Positions 20,253 through 29,090 of a DNA stretch of 64,000 nucleotides are shown here, piece after piece. Source of the stretch: Chlorobiota bacterium (GTDB lineage: Bacteria > Bacteroidota > Ignavibacteria > Kapaibacteriales > UBA2268); assembly GCA_034670025.1 (NCBI GenBank), contig JAXMOE010000001.1, forward strand, positions 229,889 through 293,888, read 5' to 3'. The translations under genes were made by a program, and so were the position numbers. The notes beneath the pieces were generated by a model. That model did no database searches. It worked only from the letters and a program-made list of their open reading frames with translations, and had not been told where the DNA came from. Each line of letters starts with the position of its first letter. Positions within the stretch are counted from its first letter, which is position 1.

Positions 20253-20335
20253 GAAAATGCAAAGTAAAAAAACGAAGCATTTTAAGAACGGATAAGAAAG
20301 AGTTTAAGAATATATGAATATTGAAATAAGAAAAA
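20236..20335. promoter_or_regulatory. TTAAGAA repeat array (six copies in about 100 bp)
   Basis: (T)TAAGAA at 20238, 20249, 20282, 20293, 20304 and 20327, far above the chance expectation for this composition. Confidence 0.5.
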
Positions 20336-20520
20336 CGGAACGAAAGCAAAGAGCTATTAGACTTAATGATGCCGAAAAGGCTGACTTGCACACGGTAGCC
20401 AAGTCAATATTGGATTTAACGGAATCAGAAGCAGTAGCGATGATATTCACAGCAATAGCAGAAGAGTATCGAAAGAATAAAGACTCAGAAGAGATTAACA
20501 TAAAAATAAAAAAGGGATAG
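20314..20520 (+). CDS. hypothetical small protein
   Basis: 68 aa, co-directional with the early operon. An antisense ORF 20304..20564 also exists. Confidence 0.35.
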   Translation: MNIEIRKTERKQRAIRLNDAEKADLHTVAKSILDLTESEAVAMIFTAIAEEYRKNKDSEEINIKIKKG

Positions 20521-20601
20521 CTTTTGTAAGCTACCCCAAAGAGTTGCAATGAGTGGACGCTCATTTGCCATGTAAATTCACAACAAATATAAGGAGAAGT
20601 T

Positions 20602-20883
20602 ATGGAACTTCAAAATTATTTCCCCAGAGACGACATTAGAAGGAAAGCCGAAGATGTTGCAAAGTACATAGTAGAAGAGGTAAGACCTGACGAGAGGGAC
20701 GAGGCACTCTATTCAATTTTCTTAGAAGTAGAAAATGAATTGAGAAAAAAAGGAGATACATTCTCCTCTCAATTCACTTGTTCTGAACTTCTCGAAAAAC
20801 TATTTACAAAATCAAGAGACGGTCGCTATTTGGTAGCAGTTAAAGACGGCAGTTCAGTAAAACTACTAAGTCAAAATGCCTGA
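20602..20883 (+). CDS. hypothetical early protein
   Basis: 93-aa ORF in the early operon. Confidence 0.45.
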   Translation: MELQNYFPRDDIRRKAEDVAKYIVEEVRPDERDEALYSIFLEVENELRKKGDTFSSQFTCSELLEKLFTKSRDGRYLVAVKDGSSVKLLSQNA

Positions 20884-21145
20884 GATAATAGACAAATACA
20901 GACTTATGAGTATCACAGAAGCCTCAAAGGCCTTTAAGATATGTCGTGAGGAATTAACAAAATGTTTCCATAGAGGTCTCAAATACCAAAAGGTTGGTAC
21001 AAGGAAAAAAGTGTGCTGGCAGTGGTGGATTGACTACATGGAATCTGAAAATAATAATCAGCCAAAATCAAAACCTAAAAAAAGTAAGAAAAGTGGAATG
21101 TTCAAAATGGATAAGTCCACACGAGAATCAATTTATTCACTATAA
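20876..21145 (+). CDS. hypothetical protein, possible HTH/excisionase-like DNA-binding protein
   Basis: MSITEASKAFKICREELTK resembles HTH_17/AlpA-like helices. Basic C-terminus. Confidence 0.35.
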   Translation: MPEIIDKYRLMSITEASKAFKICREELTKCFHRGLKYQKVGTRKKVCWQWWIDYMESENNNQPKSKPKKSKKSGMFKMDKSTRESIYSL

Positions 21146-21159
21146 AGGAAATAAAAATT

Positions 21160-22188
21160 ATGCCATTAAATATAATAAAATCGAACGAAGAAATTAAAAT
21201 AAGTAGAGTAGTAGGATTAATCTACGGCTTTCCAGGGAGTGGTAAAACATCCACAGCAAACACATCTAATAATCCTGTCACACTTGACTTTGACAACGGT
21301 TCTCACCGTTCAGGATTTAGGAAAGACGTAATGCGTATAGATAGATGGGAAGACATCCAGTCAAATATGAAGTCATTTTTTAATGCAATAGAGACTTACG
21401 ACACAGTAGTTATTGATACAATCTCTACATGCTTAGATTATATAGGAGAATACTTAGTTAGAAATGACCCAAAACTCGGGAACAATAAACTAAGATATTA
21501 TGGAGCATTGAAAGATACATTTGGAAAGTTTGTACAGGCACTCAAAACAAACGGTAAAGATTTAATCTTTATTGCTCAAGTAAAAGAGAAAGAAGAAAAT
21601 GGTGTATCGGTAAAGAGACCTGATATAACTGGTGGTTCTTATGACATTGTTACTTCACTTTGTGACTTCATTGGCTACCAATACTATAAGGACAAAATCA
21701 GAGAATTAGATTTTGACCCAACTGAAGAATACATTGGTAAAAACCCTATGAGTTTCGATAAAGTAGATTTACCTAACTATGCTACTGAACCTGACTTTTT
21801 CTCACATAGAATAGAAGAAATTAAAGATAGGCTAGGGAATATCTCTCAAGAGCAAAAGGAAGCAGCAGACACGGTTAAAAATATAATATTGGAAATCAAA
21901 TCAGTTAAGACTGTAGATGATCTGAATACTGTTGTTAGTGATATCAAGAATGCTGGCCATCCAAAGCCGATTATTTCTCAAATTAAAAAATCAATATCTG
22001 ATAAGATGAATGAGATAGGTGCAAAACTCAATAAAGAATCTAATCTGTATGAGTTGGTTGAGGCTGATGCTAAAAAACCTACAAAAGCTAAAGAGAAAAA
22101 AGCACCAGAGCCAAGAGCCGAACATGCCGAAGAGGAAGTGCCTGCTAAGACGAATGAGACTAAGAAAGAAGAGGAGTCAGTATTTTGA
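21160..22188 (+). CDS. phage P-loop ATPase (Sak4/RecA-like AAA-family), K/E-rich C-terminal tail
   Basis: Walker A GFPGSGKTS near the N-terminus. 342 aa. Confidence 0.5.
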   Translation: MPLNIIKSNEEIKISRVVGLIYGFPGSGKTSTANTSNNPVTLDFDNGSHRSGFRKDVMRIDRWEDIQSNMKSFFNAIETYDTVVIDTISTCLDYIGEYLVRNDPKLGNNKLRYYGALKDTFGKFVQALKTNGKDLIFIAQVKEKEENGVSVKRPDITGGSYDIVTSLCDFIGYQYYKDKIRELDFDPTEEYIGKNPMSFDKVDLPNYATEPDFFSHRIEEIKDRLGNISQEQKEAADTVKNIILEIKSVKTVDDLNTVVSDIKNAGHPKPIISQIKKSISDKMNEIGAKLNKESNLYELVEADAKKPTKAKEKKAPEPRAEHAEEEVPAKTNETKKEEESVF

Positions 22189-22841
22189 TAAAGGTATCAG
22201 TATCAACACTCGACACATTTAATAAATATATCAATGGACATACCAATAGAGCAGGCAATTTAATGTACCCTGACGTAGAGAGTTTCCTTGAATATTTAGA
22301 TAGCGATTATGTATCTACTGCCAAAATGCAATATGGAACTGCTGTAGATGCAATCATTGAAAATCCTGATAAGTATTGGAATGCAAGGACTCGGGAATAT
22401 ATATATGATGGGATAGTAGTTCCTGAGGAATACATTTCTAAGATAACACCATTCTTTGATTATAACTTTCCATTTCAAGTAAGTGGTAAAACAGAATTTA
22501 AGATTGGCGACACAACGGTTATTCTTTCAGCAAGAGCAGACCAATTGCACGGACTTGACACAGTAGAATTTAAGACAGTCTGGAATGGTTATTCCTATGA
22601 AAAGTATGATAAATCAGTTCAATGGAAGTGCTACAACTTAATTTATGACACCCCTAGAGTGAGGTATGTAGTAGCTGATTCTAAAGTTAATTCAGGTGGA
22701 GATATAAAGCTTAAGAGTGTATATCAATTTTATCTCTATCGAGAATCAACACATTACTTAGAGATTAGCTCACTTTTATCACAGTTAGTTGACTTCCTAA
22801 TAACCCACAATCGAATCGAAAAAATGGAGAAAGCAGTATGA
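22185..22841 (+). CDS. hypothetical protein, possible PD-(D/E)XK-type nuclease
   Basis: ...SARADQL...VEFKT... arrangement compatible with a D...ExK motif. Located next to the ATPase as in Sak4 plus exonuclease modules. Confidence 0.3.
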   Translation: MIKVSVSTLDTFNKYINGHTNRAGNLMYPDVESFLEYLDSDYVSTAKMQYGTAVDAIIENPDKYWNARTREYIYDGIVVPEEYISKITPFFDYNFPFQVSGKTEFKIGDTTVILSARADQLHGLDTVEFKTVWNGYSYEKYDKSVQWKCYNLIYDTPRVRYVVADSKVNSGGDIKLKSVYQFYLYRESTHYLEISSLLSQLVDFLITHNRIEKMEKAV

Positions 22842-23131
22842 CAACATCAAACATTACAGAAGACCATAAATTCTTTCTTGTCACTTTTGGATGTGTTGCA
22901 TGCCCCGGTGCACAATACAGGGTAAGATATGGGAAAGTACAAACAGAGGTAGGGGATTATTTAGATATAAGACCTTATGACGAACCGAATAGAATATTCA
23001 GGATAAGAAAAAAAGATGCTTATGACACTTTGGACGAAGCGAAACATAAAGCATTATCATTAATAGAATCTAATACAGTAACGGCTAAATCAGTATTAGA
23101 CTCATCAGTACAATTATTAAAATTTAATTAA
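22838..23131 (+). CDS. hypothetical protein
   Basis: 97-aa ORF with 4-nt coupling overlaps to its neighbours. Confidence 0.4.
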   Translation: MTTSNITEDHKFFLVTFGCVACPGAQYRVRYGKVQTEVGDYLDIRPYDEPNRIFRIRKKDAYDTLDEAKHKALSLIESNTVTAKSVLDSSVQLLKFN

Positions 23132-23143
23132 GGAGAAATAGCC

Positions 23144-24421
23144 ATGCAAATTCAAAAAATTAACATTCGTTCCGTTTTAGGAATAGAAGAATTCGAACTA
23201 TTCCCAAACAAGGTAAATAAAATATCTGGTAAGAATGGGAAAGGAAAGACATCAATAATAGAAGCTATCAAAACCGCCCTCGGTGGTGGTAATGATGCTG
23301 AGTTAATTCACAAGGGAGAAGACGAGGGAGAGATAGTCATCATATTTGACAATAATATGCATCTGAAAAGGAGAATCCGTGGACCCAAAGCAGGTATATT
23401 CGAACTCCATGATTCAGATGGAAGAGAAATCAAATCACCTCAAAAACAACTAAACAAACTCTACGATGCTATAGCTGTTAATCCTGTAGAGTTTATCAAT
23501 GTAAAAGATAAGGAGAGAGTAGAATTATTACTCGAAGCACTTCCAGTTGACTTAAACTTAGAAGAATTGTTATCTTATATAATCAGTGAGATTGATTTAC
23601 TAGGAACAGCTAAGGATAAGCGTGAGAGCTTGCAAGATGTTTATGAAAGGAAATACACAAACGCACTTGAATTTATTGATGATATTCTGAAAGAATTATC
23701 TGACGAAAGGAGATATTTAAAGCGTTCACTAGACCAAGCAAAAGCAACAATAGAACCACTCTCACAATCAATAGTGGAGTTGGATATAGATGAGGATGAG
23801 GTCAAAGAAGAGATTGCACAAATCAATGAAAAACTTGAAAAAGCATCAGATCAATTCAATAGAAACTTATCTGAAATCCAAGAAGAGTATGATAAAGCAG
23901 TTGAAAAATTACGTGATAAAAAAGAAAAGTCAACAGACGAGCTTAAAGACAGATATAGCAACTTTAAGAGTGAGAAAACCAATGCAAGAACTTCCTTGCA
24001 GGAGAAGTTAGATACTTCGGCCGCACTCTTAAAAACAAAAGAAGAGCTAGAGAATCAAAAGAACAAAGCTAAGACTTTAGAAAAACAATGGGATGACCAA
24101 CAGACCTCTATTCAGAACTTAAGAGATTACAAATCCACTCTACTAAAATCAATACCAATTGATGGATTAGAACTCAACGACGGAGTAATATATAGAGGTG
24201 GAGTGCCTTATTCCAAACTAAATAAAGCACAACAGTTAGAAATAGCAATTGAGGTTGCTAAGCTTAGAACCAAAGACATCGGTGTTATATGTGTAGATGG
24301 AATTGAAATACTTGACTCCGACAGTCAAAAATTACTATTCGAGAAGTTTGAAAACTCTGGACTACAATTCTTCCTAACAGAAGTATCAGATAATGAAGAA
24401 TTAGAAATAACAACGGATTGA
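23144..24421 (+). CDS. SMC/SbcC/RecF-like ATPase (AAA_23-type), recombination/replication
   Basis: N-terminal Walker A GKNGKGKTS, long coiled-coil middle, C-terminal Walker B/D-loop (VICVDGIEILD). Confidence 0.55.
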   Translation: MQIQKINIRSVLGIEEFELFPNKVNKISGKNGKGKTSIIEAIKTALGGGNDAELIHKGEDEGEIVIIFDNNMHLKRRIRGPKAGIFELHDSDGREIKSPQKQLNKLYDAIAVNPVEFINVKDKERVELLLEALPVDLNLEELLSYIISEIDLLGTAKDKRESLQDVYERKYTNALEFIDDILKELSDERRYLKRSLDQAKATIEPLSQSIVELDIDEDEVKEEIAQINEKLEKASDQFNRNLSEIQEEYDKAVEKLRDKKEKSTDELKDRYSNFKSEKTNARTSLQEKLDTSAALLKTKEELENQKNKAKTLEKQWDDQQTSIQNLRDYKSTLLKSIPIDGLELNDGVIYRGGVPYSKLNKAQQLEIAIEVAKLRTKDIGVICVDGIEILDSDSQKLLFEKFENSGLQFFLTEVSDNEELEITTD

Positions 24422-24430
24422 GGAAGGATA

Positions 24431-24682
24431 ATGGCATTTATAAATATTGACATTAACATTGATGAATACATAGATGAAGTTTCTGATGACTCACTCCTAA
24501 GGGAAGTGAAGCGAAGAAATAAGCAAGCTAATAGTTTATTTAACAGACTTGATGAAGATACTGAATTTCCTATTAAAATAAATGGTATGGATGATGAGAT
24601 AAAGAAAGATATTCTCATAAAGTGGCTTGGTGAAAATTTCAAAAGATTATCTATAACTGAATTTGAACAAAAATTTAATTGA
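24431..24682 (+). CDS. hypothetical protein
   Basis: 83-aa ORF. Confidence 0.35.
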   Translation: MAFINIDINIDEYIDEVSDDSLLREVKRRNKQANSLFNRLDEDTEFPIKINGMDDEIKKDILIKWLGENFKRLSITEFEQKFN

Positions 24683-24693
24683 GATAGATCTAT

Positions 24694-25659
24694 ATGAAAC
24701 TACGTAAATACCAAGAGGATGTAAAGTCCAAGATACGAGAATCGTTCCGAAAGGGCAATCAGAGTGTAATGCTCCAATTGCCCACAGGAGCAGGGAAGAC
24801 GGTATCGTTTGTGAACATAGCAAAAGATGTTATTGACAATGGGAAAAAGGTATTGATACTGGTCCACCGATTAGAATTAATTAATCAAACATTTGATAAA
24901 TGTCTTAGACATCATATGCAAGTTTCTGTCATTCATTCATCACATGTTTATAAGAAATACTGTCCACTACAAATTGCATCAGTAGCAACATTAGCGAATA
25001 GAGTTAGAGGTAAGAAGTCCAAAACACTTCCTGAAAATGTAGATTTAATTATAATAGATGAAGCTCATCACGCAACTGCAAACAGTTGGAGAGATATTCT
25101 TAAGTTCTATCCTGAGGCAAAAGTGTTAGGAGTAACTGCCACACCTATTCGAGCAAATGGTGAAGGCTTTGAAGATTTATTTGATGAATTGATTGTTGGT
25201 GTAACTCCAAAATATCTAATCGAAAACGGATATTTAGCTAAGCCAAGACTGTTTGTTAATCCATTGAGGTTCGACCTTTCACAAGTTAAAGTGAAGTCAA
25301 CAGGAGATTATAACGAAAGGGATTTGGTAAATAGCTATGAGCAGTCAACCACTTACGGAGACCTTATAAAAACATGGAGAGACAAAGCACTCGATATGAA
25401 AACGGTTGTGTTTGGAATTAACATTGACCATGTTAAGAAAATTGTCGAAGCATTTAATGAAGAGGGAATACCTGCAGTCCACTTGTCATCTGACTTTGAT
25501 ACTAGAACAAGGAATAGAGTAATCAAAGACTTCATAGTAAAGGATAGCTACCAGTACGGTGATATGACCGAAGACGAGAAAGCGGAATTAGATGCTACAT
25601 TCTACATTCTCACAAACGAACTGTTGAACCTCAATCAAGCAATGGAGGTAAAGCAATGA
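24694..25659 (+). CDS. SF2 DEAD/DEAH-box helicase domain protein
   Basis: Motif I LPTGAGKT, motif II IIIDEAHH, motif III TATP. Confidence 0.65.
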   Translation: MKLRKYQEDVKSKIRESFRKGNQSVMLQLPTGAGKTVSFVNIAKDVIDNGKKVLILVHRLELINQTFDKCLRHHMQVSVIHSSHVYKKYCPLQIASVATLANRVRGKKSKTLPENVDLIIIDEAHHATANSWRDILKFYPEAKVLGVTATPIRANGEGFEDLFDELIVGVTPKYLIENGYLAKPRLFVNPLRFDLSQVKVKSTGDYNERDLVNSYEQSTTYGDLIKTWRDKALDMKTVVFGINIDHVKKIVEAFNEEGIPAVHLSSDFDTRTRNRVIKDFIVKDSYQYGDMTEDEKAELDATFYILTNELLNLNQAMEVKQ

Positions 25660-26006
25660 AAAACAAAGAGAAACAAGAGCTACTTGAGAAAATAGACTCT
25701 TTAACAAACAACAACACTGCACTACAATTTGCATACACCGAGCTAAAAGCAAAGTATGATAAAGTTGCTTGGGTGAATGGAGCAACCAAATTTGTTTCCT
25801 TCCTAGAGTATTCTAAGCTAGAAGCTAAATACCACAAAGAATGTTTTAAAAACAGAAAACAAGAAAAGTCCATAGTCAGATTAGAAAGTGCAGAAAAAAT
25901 ACTTAAGAATAGGAATGAGAAACTAGAACAATTGATTCATGAGCTAAGAGGATATAAAGGCCCAATAGTTCTTGATAGAACTCATTCATACAGCCAAGAA
26001 GAATAA
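25656..26006 (+). CDS. hypothetical coiled-coil protein
   Basis: 116-aa ORF overlapping the helicase stop. Confidence 0.4.
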   Translation: MKNKEKQELLEKIDSLTNNNTALQFAYTELKAKYDKVAWVNGATKFVSFLEYSKLEAKYHKECFKNRKQEKSIVRLESAEKILKNRNEKLEQLIHELRGYKGPIVLDRTHSYSQEE

Positions 26007-26010
26007 TACA

Positions 26011-26056
26011 GCAGACTTAATCTCTCTCATTTCAGGATACACTGCTAACACCCTGC
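26011..26056. repeat. direct repeat copy 1 (about 45 bp; partner at 36511-36556)
   Basis: GCAG..TCTCTCTCATTT..CAGGAT.ACAC.GCTAACA shared with 36511-36556 at roughly 85% identity. Confidence 0.55.
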
Positions 26057-26082
26057 TGATTTACGTCAGTGGGGTTTTTTTT
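26051..26082 (+). terminator. intrinsic terminator ending the early operon
   Basis: CCCTGCTGA / TCAGTGGGG stem (with G-U wobbles) and a T8 run. Confidence 0.6.
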
Positions 26083-26162
26083 AGGAAAGTAGAAACAGAC
26101 AATAAAGAACTATAATTATTAAATGATATTCTTGTTACACTTTAAGATGTTGAATAAAAAAT

Positions 26163-26184
26163 TCTTAAATTTGTTTCTAAATTA
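26163..26184 (+). promoter_or_regulatory. third copy of the TTCTTAAAT-N7-TAAATT motif, 30 bp upstream of the OMP moron gene
   Basis: TTCTTAAATTTGTTTCTAAATT versus A TTCTTAAATAATTTATTAAATT and B TTCTTAAATTATTTACTAAATT. Confidence 0.45.
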
Positions 26185-26213
26185 TAATATTATTAATTAA
26201 TCTTTGAGTTAAA

Positions 26214-26840
26214 ATGAAAAAATCAGTATTACTGTTATTTTTAGGACTATTCATATCTGGTTCTACTTTATGTGCAAAATTCGACTTAGGAGCCTTAAAT
26301 GGTATTCATATGACTGATGCTGAATTTGAACCAAGTAGACCACTATCAAAGACTCTTTATGCTATTCCTCAGTTTGGATTATTTGCTAAATATAGTTTGA
26401 ATCATAACTTAAGTATTCAATCATCACCTTCAATTACGTCGAAGAAAATCGTTGCAAATCAAATTATAAATATTGAACTAACATCTGAGTTTATCGAAAT
26501 TCCAATCCTATTAAGCTATGAATTTGATTTTGGACTGTTTAGGCCTTATGTTTTTGTTGGCCCTAATATTGGAATAATTGTAAACCCGAAATCAACTACA
26601 TACTTTAATGGTAAAGTGGAAGAAGATATTAGTGAAGATGTAGCAGATATTGAATATGCAATTAAAGGTGGTCTAGGCTTAGAACTTGAATTTGAAACTT
26701 TTTCGTTCTTCGGACAAGCATATCTGAACTATGGTCTAAATGACTTATATACACCGCCAAGTGGTATCACTTTCCCAGAAGATGTTTACTTAAGAACATA
26801 TGGTATTCAAGCGGGAATTTCATTCCCTCTTCTTAAATAA
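26214..26840 (+). CDS. small outer-membrane beta-barrel protein (OmpX/Ail/Lom-like), signal peptide
   Basis: N-terminal signal peptide, alternating amphipathic beta-strands, aromatic-rich C-terminus. 208 aa. Confidence 0.6.
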   Translation: MKKSVLLLFLGLFISGSTLCAKFDLGALNGIHMTDAEFEPSRPLSKTLYAIPQFGLFAKYSLNHNLSIQSSPSITSKKIVANQIINIELTSEFIEIPILLSYEFDFGLFRPYVFVGPNIGIIVNPKSTTYFNGKVEEDISEDVADIEYAIKGGLGLELEFETFSFFGQAYLNYGLNDLYTPPSGITFPEDVYLRTYGIQAGISFPLLK

Positions 26841-26867
26841 TTTAGAATCAAAATTATCTCCTTTCAA

Positions 26868-26896
26868 GCCCTGCTTTTTAAGTGGGGTTTTTTTTA
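26868..26896 (+). terminator. intrinsic terminator after the OMP gene
   Basis: CCCTGCT-ttttta-AGTGGGG stem and a T8 run. Confidence 0.5.
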
Positions 26897-26950
26897 TACC
26901 GAAAAATAGTCTGATTGCCCATTGAACTATAAGTTCAGTGAGCCCCTAAA

Positions 26951-27568
26951 ATGCTTACATATTTGCTAAAGATTTATATTGGGAGTAAGTTGCTATATGT
27001 TAAACTATTACTCCAAGGAGGAGTTATGAGAAGGTTCTGTTTAAAAATGTTTGTTCTATTCATTCTTATGGGTCTACAAACTGTAATTGCTAAGGAAAAA
27101 ATTGACGACCCATTTGATTTAGATGAAATTATAAAAATAATCAATATTAGCTTAGATAAAGTTTCTGAAGAAGTTGATTTAGTAAAAGCTGAGATTGTTT
27201 TATCTAGAAGTTTTTCAGATAAGTTTAATGGTGGTTTTAGTTTCTTTTGGTCATCAAAAAAAGACTGGCAAGAAGATAACAACTCCACTTTAACTTTTAC
27301 ATATGAACCCAGTAGTACAAAAGGTGGACAAAAGAATCTTTCAGACAACCTTAATAGATCTGTATTAAATGCAGTTGGGCTTTGGAAAAAATCTAAATTA
27401 AAAATTGATGGGTTAAAGAATACTTATTATACGGTAGATGTGAAGTTTATGCTTAGTGAAGATGCTAAACATGGGCTTAACCTAGAGCTTTTTGGTGTTG
27501 AATTAGCTGCCTCTGATAACAGTATTGTAAAATCCTCCCACTCTGTGAAATTAACATTCAAGAAGTAA
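26951..27568 (+). CDS. hypothetical secreted protein (likely true start at MRRF... near 27026, with signal peptide)
   Basis: Signal-peptide-like MRRFCLKMFVLFILMGLQTVIA. Confidence 0.5.
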   Translation: MLTYLLKIYIGSKLLYVKLLLQGGVMRRFCLKMFVLFILMGLQTVIAKEKIDDPFDLDEIIKIINISLDKVSEEVDLVKAEIVLSRSFSDKFNGGFSFFWSSKKDWQEDNNSTLTFTYEPSSTKGGQKNLSDNLNRSVLNAVGLWKKSKLKIDGLKNTYYTVDVKFMLSEDAKHGLNLELFGVELAASDNSIVKSSHSVKLTFKK

Positions 27569-27657
27569 ATAATTAATACCACTATTCGGTTATACTAGAA
27601 TAGAAATATTTCAACCGTGATTAGTAATTCTAATAAACACATAAACAAGGAGCAAAT

Positions 27658-28749
27658 GTGGACATCGTAAAAATGAAAAAATTATTTAACAAAATTCTTG
27701 AATCTACATATGGGATAACAGAATGGAATCCTGGGAATTTATTTGTATTCGAGGGAAAAGAAGTTCCAAAAGATATGAACGGATTCGAAACACTCAGTGA
27801 TCAATTTCAATCAGACGCTTCTCTTCAACAAAAATGCTTTACAAGTAATATAGAAGTGAGTACAGCAGGAAAACTCTTTACAGTAAGCACTTATGTAATA
27901 CAAGTAAAGTGGTATGAATTAATGGCGGGGTATGCAGTTTATAGACCAGTCAGATGGTTTAGCATAAATATTGTTTTTGATGAAGAGACAAATATTATTC
28001 CAAAATCAAGCACTATCAAGATGTATGAAGATGGGAAGGAGGTAGAAGATATGAAAATACCTTTGCCTCCTCTCCCAGGGGTTTTAGGTAACGCTATTGA
28101 GATAGCAAGTTGGGGAGCTGAGTTTATAGAATGGATAAAAGAGTATTTACCAGATGATTGGGGGGCACTAGGTCTTGCTGTTAGTGAAATAGCTGAGATA
28201 ATTAGTATGGCAATAAGTACTGCAGACTCTATTCTTGATGGAGAAACTAATTTAGAATTACTTATAGAAAATAGTCTTTTAATGTCCACTACACTCTCTA
28301 CAACATATAATTTTGAACCTGACGGAGCTCACGGTTATTGCTACATAGACAAATGGAATGAAAAAGGAGAAGATGCTCGGATATATCAGCCTAGGATAAT
28401 TGCAGGTGCAGCTAGCTGGACTATGTTGTTAAAGACTGATAGAATGAGATCTTGGGTCTATAATGATGACCACTTGATTTTATCTATTACTGGTGATTAC
28501 AAAGGGAATATACTCGGAGTCATGGCATCATGGAAGTTCGTTGATGAAGATCCAGAGGAAGGCGAATTTTCAAAATCTACAGAAGAGGAGGGACAGAATT
28601 GTTTAGATGTGTGGCAAGCAGAAGTTAGGAACTATTTGGGAAGCCCTGTCCCAAAAGAATTTACTCAGTGGTATGTAGAAACAGTTCTACGTCCTTGGTT
28701 AGATACAATATATTCACTAGGTATAAAAGAACCTGATAATCCAAAATAG
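27658..28749 (+). CDS. hypothetical protein (363 aa)
   Basis: Long ORF with no recognisable motif. Confidence 0.5.
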   Translation: MDIVKMKKLFNKILESTYGITEWNPGNLFVFEGKEVPKDMNGFETLSDQFQSDASLQQKCFTSNIEVSTAGKLFTVSTYVIQVKWYELMAGYAVYRPVRWFSINIVFDEETNIIPKSSTIKMYEDGKEVEDMKIPLPPLPGVLGNAIEIASWGAEFIEWIKEYLPDDWGALGLAVSEIAEIISMAISTADSILDGETNLELLIENSLLMSTTLSTTYNFEPDGAHGYCYIDKWNEKGEDARIYQPRIIAGAASWTMLLKTDRMRSWVYNDDHLILSITGDYKGNILGVMASWKFVDEDPEEGEFSKSTEEEGQNCLDVWQAEVRNYLGSPVPKEFTQWYVETVLRPWLDTIYSLGIKEPDNPK

Positions 28750-28772
28750 ACATTTGATTATTATTAAATAAC

Positions 28773-28806
28773 CCTACTAGCCTTTTTTTGGTTAGTGGGG
28801 TTTTTT
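28773..28806 (+). terminator. intrinsic terminator after the moron cassette
   Basis: CCCTACTAGCC / GGTTAGTGGGG stem and a T6 run. Confidence 0.55.
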
Positions 28807-28856
28807 ATTGTTTCTACTATACCCTTCCTCTATCAATCCAATACTCAAACATATTT

Positions 28857-28960
28857 TTTAAGAAAATAATAAGAAAAACCTTGTTATTCTTAAATTATTT
28901 ACTAAATTAGTAAGAACAAATAAGACGGAATAAGAAAATCAATATGAAAAATAAGAAAGA
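28857..28960. promoter_or_regulatory. operator/promoter array B: second copy of the switch-region module with iterated TAAGAA half-sites
   Basis: 28870-28940 aligns at about 80% identity with 19930-20001. TAAGAA copies at 28859, 28871, 28911, 28930 and 28950. Confidence 0.55.
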
Positions 28961-29090
28961 GAGTTTGGATTTAGACAAGTTTGATTTGGGAATTGAGCTC
29001 CGAAAGCTTCAAAGGTCATTGTTATTATCTGACTTAATAATGCCATTAGTGTTAATTGTTCTTGTTCTTATTGGGTATCATTTGATATGA
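28944..29090 (+). CDS. small hydrophobic protein (48 aa), not in the ORF track
   Basis: ATG immediately after array B. The C-terminal hydrophobic stretch LIMPLVLIVLVLIGY looks transmembrane. Its stop overlaps the next ATG (ATGA), suggesting translational coupling. Confidence 0.35.
   Translation: MKNKKESLDLDKFDLGIELRKLQRSLLLSDLIMPLVLIVLVLIGYHLI

Noticed and set aside
20304-20564. 86-aa minus-strand ORF overlapping the 20314..20520 plus-strand ORF
   Set aside because: The early region is otherwise transcribed rightward. I kept the plus-strand ORF but neither is strongly supported.
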